A stretch of DNA of 63,773 nucleotides, counting the filler, from Bigelowiella natans CCMP2755 (lineage: Eukaryota > Protista > Cercozoa), in the NCBI GenBank assembly GCA_000320545.1. It is 4 parts of 4 records of this genome, joined end to end, with 100 filler letters (N's around TTAATTAATTAA, not from the genome) between each part and the next. Parts side by side here need not be neighbours in the genome. Positions count along the whole stretch, not along the records: positions 28,194 to 56,828 come from ADNK01002802.1; positions 56,929 to 62,614 come from ADNK01000189.1; positions 62,715 to 63,773 come from ADNK01003084.1; 1 more part is not named here. One strand, given 5' to 3'. Position numbers and translations under genes: made by a program. Below, piece by piece: positions 54,265 to 63,773 of this stretch (position 1 is the stretch's first letter; every line of letters starts with the position of its first letter). The notes beneath the pieces were generated by a model. It saw nothing but the letters and a program-made list of their open reading frames with translations, searched no databases and was not told where the DNA came from.

Positions 54265-55066
54265 CAAACAGTGTGGTCACTATACCATGCCAACCCAGCT
54301 GGCCAGCTGTGTGAAGGGAACGGCAAATGCGCATGGATTCAGCCTGTCTTGCTGGCTAGCTCCTAGCTGTGCCTGTATGAGACGGATGTGATGAAGCGAT
54401 TAAATTCTTTCAATAGTCATCTTATCTAATGTAGCTTAGCTATGCAAAGCGCGGCTATGTAGCACCTCTGTGCATGCACGTTTTGTTCTGCACGGCTAGT
54501 GCAGACAATCTATAATAGACATGCATGCACGCCTCGAATGTACCTCTAGACCTCCTACTTCTCTGCTACCATGCATAATCCAGTCTAGTACGTAGGAATA
54601 TCTAGACTCCTGTTTTCATTGAGCGCATCTCACCAGTCTAGCTTGCAGCGCCAGAACGCAATGTTTAACGTGGCCAGCTGCTAGCCAGATTCTCCAGATA
54701 GATGCCGAAGCAAATCTAGAAATCATCGTTGTGCTAACATGTGTGCATGATCGACAATGTGCATGGGCATCACGCGTATCAGAGCGCGCTAGCGCGTGTC
54801 ATCTGGTGGCATGCAGTGTGCGTGTTCGTTCATTGTTGTTCGTGGTGCATGAGCTGGCAGACGTCTAGACGTGTACGATGCTGCACACACTTACTTGCAA
54901 TGCTAGAATTCCTCCTGTGCACATGTCCTGCTACATGCATCCCATCTAGCTATGTATGTACACACAGCAGCAGTGACGCCATTCTAGCATTGTGATTACA
55001 CTAGTACATCACATTTGTCCCGAATGAGTTTTGAGTTTACATTGCCAGTAGCTTGATTCCTTTTCA

Positions 55067-56094
55067 TCATCGATATAAGTGCATGACTCTTCCTCTAGCC
55101 CTTTGACGTTTTCCCCTTCCACGCCTTCCTCCTATTCTCCCCCTCCCACCTCGTCCACGACCCCGACCTCCTTCATTAAAACGACGACCTAGCGGGGAGG
55201 GAAGTAAGTGCTTGTGTCTCTATTGAATACTCAATATGCGTATATCATCTCAGAGTTCATTGAGAAATAACAGGAATTTTGACTTACCACCACCACCACG
55301 CCCGCCCCGGCCAATATTCCCTGAGAATTTGAGGAAACGATGAAAGAAACAGCGCAAAAGATCAGCGTAAATGAGAACGATGAGAAGAGGACACGATCGT
55401 CATCCTCGCGGGATTAAGAATATCGACGTGCTCTCACATGCATATATTGCTGGGGGCAATTCTCCACAGGCATCATCATCTCACTTTTATGGGATTTGCC
55501 TGTGCTCGCAGTGACGGCAGGTTTGAAGGAGCGCCGTAGCATGTGGTCCTAGTTTTTATTTGATTGTTTCAAGGGGAAAGGAAGCTTCGTTTATGATATT
55601 GATGACAAATAATGGTGACGATGGTGACGATGGTGATGATCATGATGGCATGATGAGGAGAGGCACTATTACGCATATTTTGGCGATGTTTTTGCAGTCA
55701 TCGATGCCGCTATGGTGGCGTCCCTCGTGCTGTCAAAATACATCATAATTAAACACTTACAAGGACACACCCTCGCGCGCGCGCGCGTATAATATAGAAG
55801 ACTGTCCTCAGCTCCCCACTTTCCTCCCCCCCCTCCCCCTCCTCCTTATTCCATCTGTTTACAGCCCGCAAAGAGAAGACACCTTTATTTCAAGATCCTG
55901 CAGCATTTCCATCATCCTACGCGCGAGCATGAAATCATTGTGGAGTTCAACGATAAAGAAGAAAGAAGAAGATGAGACGATTTAGAGGGATGGCAGCAGC
56001 GGGATGTACTACTCAGAAACATATCTCTATCAGCAGTGTGTTTTTGCGTTGTTTTGCGAAATCTGTAAGCGTTTTGTAGTCATTGAATATACTT

Positions 56095-56149
<55 letters not shown>

Positions 56150-56828
56150 CCTTTCCCCTCCCTCTTCTTCATAGCAGCATTCAAACAAAGCGCCGTTGGG
56201 CATTCAAGGAAAACTCTTTGAAATATTTCCGATGGACGATTATGCAAGCTCTGTGGCGTGAGGATGATGATGATGATGGTTGTGGTGGTGGTGATGACCC
56301 ATTAGCTCTCTTCTTTGCAAAGTCGCTGTACCAGAACTTCACATTCGCCCACTGACACGACGATGAAAAAATAGTAGAAACAAATTATGAAACATACACA
56401 CACACATGTATATAATGCACACAAATATACTTATATTACCGCATAATATTACAATGCTTATATGTGTGTTTGTGTGTATGTGTGTGTGTGTGTGTGCTCA
56501 TTCCCATTCCTATGCAACTACCATCCCCCCCCGCCATCTTTTCTCTCGACGATTACTTCTCATTACCCTCTTCAGATAGCGAGGGACCTTAAGATTCGAT
56601 AGCTTGCATTGCCTACCCGCAATCAATCAAGCAAACAAAATCAATACAAGTAAAATCCATCAAGCATTCAACGCACTCCCAAGCTCTCGTTATCGGCAGC
56701 ATATGCTCTCTTCTCACCACAGCCTTCGTCATTCCCTATACTGATCGTCGAGTACCTTGGCAGCATGCTCCTCAGATCCCAGTCCCCGCAGGTGCATATG
56801 ATGCAGGTTCTCCTTCGTCTATCAGGGA
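55067..56828 (-). CDS. ERI1-family DEDDh 3'-5' exoribonuclease with RGG tail, 3' part; 5' part in or beyond the gap
   Basis: CTCGDWDLRSMLP (56755-56800), WANVKFWY (56330-56352), MMEMLQDLEIK, GRHHSGIDDCKNIAKI (55675-55723), and a terminal GGRGRGRGGRGRIGGRRGRG exon. Confidence 0.85.
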
Positions 56829-56928
56829 NNNNNNNNNNNNNNNNNNNNNNNNNNNNNNNNNNNNNNNNNNNNTTAATTAATTAANNNNNNNNNNNNNNNN
56901 NNNNNNNNNNNNNNNNNNNNNNNNNNNN
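56829..56928. other. Assembly gap with TTAATTAATTAA linker
   Basis: 100 bp of N with the same spacer. Confidence 0.98.
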
Positions 56929-59294
56929 GCTTGTAAGGTAGAGTCTTTGTAGTTACTTTTCTTCTTCTGGTGCCTTGTAGCATGATGGTTAGTTTTCTCT
57001 GTATGATATAGGGAACAAGAAATCACAGTGTTTCTTGTTGCTAGGTCCTGGTAGAGCCTTAGTAAGTATATGAGAAGACTTATATCACACAAAATGATGA
57101 AGTTGAAACAACTTAATATGTATTAGACAGATGATCACCGGATTTCAAATCATATGTGCCTTTTTCTGTCGTAGCCCCCCTCCCCCGTTCATGTTGACTA
57201 TCATGATGGTAAAATCGTCCAGATATGGCCATACCTGTTATAGTAAATCAAAGCCCTCTTCTTGTGCACTATACTGAGTCAGTCAGTCAGTCAGTTGTCA
57301 TTTAACTCATTTCTATAATCAGGGCAACCATCCAGAAAGTCAATAAGAAAGACAGCAATTACATGGTGAAGAAGTTGGGCCGTAACGCCAGCATAGGATT
57401 CGCAGCCTCTAGTGAGTAGAAGTAGCATTTGTAGTAGTAGTAGTTGCAGTTGTCGTCCTAGTCTTCCAATGTCCACATCCCTTGTTTGACGTTGTAGATC
57501 GCATAGAGAACACATTGACTTTGATGATTAGCGTAAATTCTATCACCTCAAAACCCCTTGCCCCCCACCCCCCTTTTCGCAACGATCTAGTCTGCAGTGA
57601 CTGCTGCTCCAACTCGATTCGAGTGATCAAGACCGTGAAGCAAACCTCCACAGTCCCCATCACGTACACCGCAGCAGCAAAGCAGGTGAATGACAACACT
57701 GAATGCACGTCCACATCACCTCATTGCTTCTGTGGAGTATGATGCACTCTCGTGATCTATATATCTACGAGAGACTCTTGTCCCCCCCCCGCCCCGCCCG
57801 AAATGGCGTGCTGTGACTGACGTATCGATGATTCATCGTGTCGGCGCGCGAACAATGAACAGGTGATAGATAAGGATGGGGTCATGGGTCTGCTCGGACG
57901 TGGGCTGAAGACGAGAATCATGGCAAACGGTATGCAAGGCATCATGTTTAAGGTTCTCTGGAAGTTGTTCGAAGACAAACTCAATGCGAAGTAGACCGAT
58001 CTTGGCACGAGGATGATCTCATAGCATGCAGTATGACTGGCTGCTGTCCTGCTAGCGACGCGGCGCACATGATCAAAAGCTCGGAGGTAAGATAGGAGCC
58101 CTGAAAACTAGCGTCAGATTGTGACCCTCAGCATAAGCAGCACATTGCGTAGTTGTAGCATCATCGACAGACATTATGTCATTAATAATAGCCTTACTAT
58201 GCTAGACGTGCATGCTGTGGGCGCTGCAGAGAGCCAGAGAACATTGAACATTTGTGACAGCATTGGCCGGGTTATCTAGCTCGCTAGCTTGCTCGCTGCT
58301 CTGGTGCTAGCGCTAGTGCACACTATCACACACTGCTGGACTAGTCTAGTAGTGCAAGATGGATTTGCAGTGTTGCAACATCATCCCAACATTGTGCATT
58401 CTGACAATGGCTAGATGGCCGATAGGGCGTTCATTCAGTCATCGCACTACAGCACGCTAGCTGCAACACAGCTAGACAGCGTTGTCACAATTTGTTGACA
58501 TAGCTAGCTAGCGTTGTCACAATTTGTTGACATAGCTAGCTAGCAATGCACCGACCGAACAGCTAGCGAGCAGCGACTGCTGCATTGCATGACGGTGGTC
58601 CACCATTGAATCCCTGTCCATGGCTCTGGAGCTGCACGTTGTGCGCTCCGTTGCTTGGAAAGGCAACAAGTGCAACAGCAACAGGCTTGTGCGGTCAAAG
58701 CGAGTCGTGGTTTGTTGAGAGTGTTGAATTCTAGTTTGATCATTTTGGTCAAACGTTCGACCACATCTAGACATGCACCAAATGATTGATTGATTGACTG
58801 ACCAATGTAGTCCATCATCATTGTTGATTGTTCATTGTTCTGACAGACCTTCCGAGTGAAGGCATGTCAGCTTGTGCTCTGGTCTTGCACGCGGGTATTT
58901 TGCATCACGACATTCTGCATTTTGGGAGTGCGACAATCCCCGCCTTGTCGTAGGTTGCTTTCGGCTGTATTGCTGCAAGTGAAGACGTAAGATGCTCGTC
59001 CCCGGTTTTCCCCGAAAACTCGTCCCACTGGACGGTCATTCAAGGTCTAAATCACAGGCCGTCCCACGCCAAACCAGGTTTCCTCTTGCGGTTCTCTGGT
59101 TTTGCTGGCACTCCTTCCAATGTGGCGAAAACAGAAGGAATTCACCTGCTACGACATGGAGTTAGAACCTTTTTGCAGCAAGAAACCAGTCTTGTTTTGC
59201 GAGATTTTCCTGTCGCCGAGTCAAAATTCCTTCTCAACCGCACTAGGACCATCCCCAGGACCCCAGCCTACGCGCAATTGACTGACATTTGACC

Positions 59295-60437
59295 ATGGCA
59301 AGCACGAAGCCCCTGACGATTTGCATGATTGGAGCGACAGGAGTCGGTAAGAGCTCCGCCGCCAATTGCATCGCGAACTTGAAGAAGGAATCCAGAAATG
59401 CATTCGAAGCCAGTCCGGAAATCAAAAGCTGCACATATCAAACCACCATTAAAAAGTGTCGATGGTTTGACGACAAGCGAAGCATGTTTCTAGTGGATAC
59501 CCCTGGTCTTGGAGATTCTGAAGGACGGGATTCGCGCCACATTGCAGAGATGGCAAAGGCTCTCAAGAAGCACGGAGAAGTCCACCTATTCATAATCGTG
59601 TTCAACGGAGAGGATGCTCGCATGAATGAGCACACCAAAGGAATGATCGGCATATTTTCGGAGATGTTTGGATCAGAATTCTTGCAAAATGCAGCGCTAC
59701 TTTTTACCCACTGGCCAATGGATAAGTACTCAATTAAACGCCGTAAACGTTCCGGGTTAACTAGGGAGAATCGTCATTATGAGTTCAATAAAAAGTTTCA
59801 AGAAATCTTTGGTAACACATCTGACTTGCCATCGTTCTACTTGGATTGCGAGTACGACAGAGATGACGAAGACGAGGCGCGTCCATACAGAAATGAGATC
59901 CTCAAGGTGAAGAAGCTCGCGGAGCAAATGGACCCCTTTGCCTGCTTGGACGTCAAAGATGTTCTCTCCTTGAAGGACCGAGCGGACAAGCTTGCCGAAG
60001 AATTACAGAACAAACTGAAGATATCAGAGGACAATGCTGTCAAATCTGCGAAGAAACATAAGAAGAAGATGGAGGAGGCAAAGAGAGCTAGACGGCTAGC
60101 CCTAAAGAAAGCGGAAGAGGAGAAACAGGCTGCCTTAAAGAAGGCTGAAATGGAGAAAAAAGCTGCCTTAGAGAAAGCCCAGAAGGAGAGGGAGCTTGCA
60201 ATGAAGAAACAGGAAGAGGAATATAAAAGAAAGCTAGAGCAGGAAAGAAGGGCCTCATCTTGCAATGGTGTGAATCCTATGCTATTAATGGCAATGATGG
60301 GACGTGGAGGAATTGGTGGAAATAATGGTGGTGGATTTGGTGGAAGTAATGGAGGGACATTTGGGGGTCCACGTGCAAAAGATGGAAGTCTTGACATGAG
60401 GTACAAAGTGAATTGGGGGCGTAACAAGTATGGCTAA
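59295..60437 (+). CDS. AIG1/GIMAP-type GTPase with coiled coil and Gly-rich tail, intronless
   Basis: ICMIGATGVGKSSAAN (G1), SCT (G2), LVDTPGLGDS (G3), VHLFIIVFN, LLFTHW (G4), then a K/E/A-rich coiled coil. Confidence 0.9.
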   Translation: MASTKPLTICMIGATGVGKSSAANCIANLKKESRNAFEASPEIKSCTYQTTIKKCRWFDDKRSMFLVDTPGLGDSEGRDSRHIAEMAKALKKHGEVHLFIIVFNGEDARMNEHTKGMIGIFSEMFGSEFLQNAALLFTHWPMDKYSIKRRKRSGLTRENRHYEFNKKFQEIFGNTSDLPSFYLDCEYDRDDEDEARPYRNEILKVKKLAEQMDPFACLDVKDVLSLKDRADKLAEELQNKLKISEDNAVKSAKKHKKKMEEAKRARRLALKKAEEEKQAALKKAEMEKKAALEKAQKERELAMKKQEEEYKRKLEQERRASSCNGVNPMLLMAMMGRGGIGGNNGGGFGGSNGGTFGGPRAKDGSLDMRYKVNWGRNKYG

Positions 60438-61150
60438 GATCAGCAATTTTGCAAAGCAAATATGATATGGCCTCGTGATGCATTTTGCGAAACGCTTAAT
60501 TCCATTTGCCAACTTCGACATTGCTCTTGCAATGTTTTAGAACAACATCGGTGCATGTGTTGTTTGATAAACGCACAACTCTGATCCAGTGCGATGGTGC
60601 TATCGATCTGACTGACGCCACCGGAGCTAGCTGTGCAGTTGAGAAGGATCACATTGCAGACATGCTAGCATGGCAATGCCCAGCGTTGCAAATTCAACCC
60701 GCATGGCATTCGAACTTGCAGCGTCAATTGAATGATCGTGATCAATCAAGGCGACCACAAATCATGCAGCGTCAATTGACCATGCAATCAGATACATCTG
60801 AAATCCTGCACGTTCATTGACCACACCTGGTGTTCCTTGCATGCCATGTAGCCATGCGTGCTCGATTGTGCCTCCACGGCAGCGTGCTAGCGTGGGGGAC
60901 CCCATTCTGAGCATTCACGTCAATGGAGACAATCACAAATTGTCCATTGTGTCCAATTGCCCATGCATCGCATGCTGCTAGCTAGCTAGGCAGGCAACTC
61001 ATTCTAGACAACAGCTGAGATGCACGCACTGGTGCATGCTCTAGATGGTGATGCATGATGGACATGCTAGCATGTGCCGAGAAGTAGCGGAAACGAAGCA
61101 ATTCATGCTGTTCACGACGATGACCTAACCATGCTACGACACATCGGTTG

Positions 61151-61946
61151 CTACGTCCAGAGCAGAATGTGGCCGCTTTTACAGCCAACGACAACCTCAC
61201 CACCACCGGACAGAGTTCCTCCTTGAGGCCCGAGCGTGACTACTGCTGAGATCCCCCCCCCCGTCAAGGTTTGCGTCACAAGTTTCTCGCGTCTCTCCTC
61301 GAGCAGATTTCGCCGGCTGCTGCGACTGGAATTCTTCAGATCAAGATGAAGTCTATTAGAGGAAGACGATGAAAATGTCTTGCGACGAAGGCCAGGCAGA
61401 AATCTCAATCGCCGCGAGCGCCCACGGCCCTGCAAATCCCAGATGCGGACGACGTTGCCGCTAGCACTGACAACCTTGATTATAACGGCGGAGGAAGGAG
61501 GAGGAAGAGGAGAGGAAATCGGTGTGGTTTTCAGTTAAGGGGTGAAGTTTTTCCCACTCTTCCAGCTTGTTGAAGGAGAAATAAGAGCGTCATCATAATT
61601 CAATATATAACATCCCGTTGGCGTGTAAATTTTACATTCTTCCATTAGTACAAAGTGAAAAGAACAGCTGAACTCCCCCCCCACCCCCCTCCAACTAACA
61701 AAATCGCTTTACCCTTTTGCCGTCTGGAGCGACATCGAGGCATTTGGGGTCGTCTCTGTTTGGATATGACATCCCCATAGATAGAGCAGCAGCTGTGCTC
61801 CTAGCACCTTTGCCCCCACCTCCACCACCGAACTTCGTGAAGGATTTGTATTGTAATGTTTTCGTCGCCTTCCTATCGTAGCTGCATAGATGTAGGAAGA
61901 GGAGGAGGGGGAGGAGGAGGGGAGATAACAACAAGAGAATCACAAA

Positions 61947-61988
<42 letters not shown>

Positions 61989-62002
61989 CTCTCTCTCTCC
62001 CT

Positions 62003-62037
<35 letters not shown>

Positions 62038-62520
62038 TTTCATGTTCTTGATGTTTTGTAACGTACAAGTGACGGTATCTCTCCTGCTGCTGGTGGTGGT
62101 GGTGCGACGTCCCAGAGAGGAGGCGCCTCCTCAGGTGAGGGAGCTTGGCCTTTTGGCTTTTCTGTCGTAGCGTGCACAGCAATTCTCCCTTCTCCAAATT
62201 GTATGCTGCAATCCCTCCCTACCGATGTGAGGAATGGTGACGATGATGATGATGATGACGATGATGATGATCATGGTTTGAGAAGCAACGATAGTAGTTT
62301 TGATGCCGATGCTACAAATAAACATATACTATACATTCTCCAGGGAGGGATTTGTAAGTTCGCCTCCGGAGCGACTACACGGGATGGTATTCAGCAAATT
62401 AGATGCGCACACACGCACACATACACACATACACACGCGCACGCACCCCATTGCCTCCAACGGCAAGCCACAAGCATGCTTGCCGCGACGAAGAGTCCAC
62501 AGCCGCACCACTTGACCTGT
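61151..62520 (-). CDS. WD40-repeat protein, 3' part (5' end in gap)
   Basis: VRLWTL, CLDVAPDGKR|VVSASGNVVRIWDL, VVVGCKSGHILLWT*. Confidence 0.7.
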
Positions 62521-62614
62521 AAGAAGATGCGCTTAATGAATCATGCACAATGCATAGGAATATAATACAAAATATAATACAAAATACACGCACACACACA
62601 CACACACACACACA

Positions 62615-62714
62615 NNNNNNNNNNNNNNNNNNNNNNNNNNNNNNNNNNNNNNNNNNNNTTAATTAATTAANNNNNNNNNNNNNNNNNNNNNNNNNNNNNN
62701 NNNNNNNNNNNNNN
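62615..62714. other. Assembly gap with TTAATTAATTAA linker
   Basis: 100 bp of N with the same spacer. Confidence 0.98.
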
Positions 62715-62730
62715 TTTTGGTATGATTACA

Positions 62731-62922
62731 GAGCGCCGACGCCTTCTTTTGCCACGGTCTTTGAGAAGCAATCTATCATTCCCCGGTACTGAGATGTACA
62801 CAGCAGCCACCACCACAACCATCATAAACATTATGGCCGACATCAACGTCGTCAAGGTCGTGCGCTGCGCGCAAAATCGCTCCAACGGAATACAGAGACT
62901 ACACGATTCTTCTCATGCAGAT

Positions 62923-62966
<44 letters not shown>

Positions 62967-63255
62967 CATGGAAAGGCACCTGAGGCCGAGTGATAGAGTC
63001 GGCTTGAATTCGCGTCTTGACCGTATCGAGAGGGTACCGGGCTGACCATAAGCTGGCGGGAAAGAGGAAGAAGAGAAGAGGAGAAGAAGATGCAAGAAGA
63101 AGATGCACGTTGTAAGATCAGGAATCAATCGCTCTCCTCGCGGAGGATGAGTTCCAAAAGTGGCGTTATATTCGGAGAGAGGCGACTGCAAGCTATCGAA
63201 AGGAGTTAGAGCATTACGCGACTCCTGCCACCGAGCCAGCCGAGAGCGTTTGCAC
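62731..63255 (-). CDS. Mitochondrial carrier family (SLC25) protein, internal exons
   Basis: QTLSAGSVAGVA|..YPLDTVKTRIQAD..PQ|YRGMIDCFSKTVAKEGVGAL contains the Px[DE]xx[KR]xR signature and the EG motif. Confidence 0.88.
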
Positions 63256-63360
63256 CTTGGTGGTGGTGGTGGTGATGATGGTGATGATGAGGATGAGGAT
63301 GATGAGGATGAGGATGATGAGGATGATGATTATTCATGTTGTTGTTTTTGTAGATTGAGA

Positions 63361-63399
<39 letters not shown>

Positions 63400-63773
63400 T
63401 AGATGCTCGTAGGGAAAGATCTTTCCCTCAATCCACACGTGGAGTGCTGTGGAGAGTCAAATTAGGGTGAATTCCGCATATTTCAAAAAAAAGAGGTTAA
63501 CGTTCACTACGGAAGAAAACACACATCCCCAACTTATTGGGGGGGTCTGCTCCATTTCTAGTCGCTGCAAACACGAAGACCGATGTAATCAACCTATCAC
63601 CGCTTTAACACTCCCTCCACAGCCCGCCTTCATGCCTACAAATCCCTTTGTCATCTTTCGAACTAGTTCTTATGTCCACATACCCTGGAATTCAATCCAT
63701 ATGTTGATCTGAAGCGACGTACACGGTGCCTGTCATGGACTTATGTGGTACACGGTGCTATGTGCCACCTCTC

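Noticed and set aside
56929-58070. Probable minus-strand exons of a further gene, or the ERI1 5' end
   Set aside because: I could not assemble a consistent frame or find the ExoI DFEAT motif, so it is left uncalled.

Overview
Left end of a eukaryotic chromosome. It starts with a (CCCTAA)n/TTAGGG telomere and is rich in introns and microsatellites. Bipartite-looking N-terminal leaders suggest an alga with a complex plastid, such as a chlorarachniophyte (inference only). About 17 protein genes can be pieced together from exons: a 2OG-Fe(II) oxygenase, a METTL21-like methyltransferase, a ~12-kb Zn-ribbon SDR, an intronless bacterial-type xylulokinase, a chromodomain protein, a spastin/fidgetin-like AAA ATPase, a C2H2 zinc-finger protein, a LEA-like repeat protein, TyrRS, an isochorismatase-family hydrolase, an aldo-keto reductase, two WD40 proteins, a C2-like protein, a RanBP2-ZnF protein, an ERI1-like exonuclease, an AIG1/GIMAP GTPase and a mitochondrial carrier. 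There is also the 5' half of a Ty1/copia retrotransposon and three 100-bp assembly gaps. Two signals stand out. (1) Recurrent 0.4-0.8 kb islands (subtelomere, intergenic DNA, the LTR) have almost no TpA except inside CTAG, while introns are full of (TA)n. This looks like a context-specific TA->TG/CA (A-to-G) hypermutation system acting on non-genic DNA. (2) The copia LTR carries a perfectly phased array of about 30 nGAAn heat-shock-element units. Exon boundaries were read by eye and gene ends are approximate where stated.
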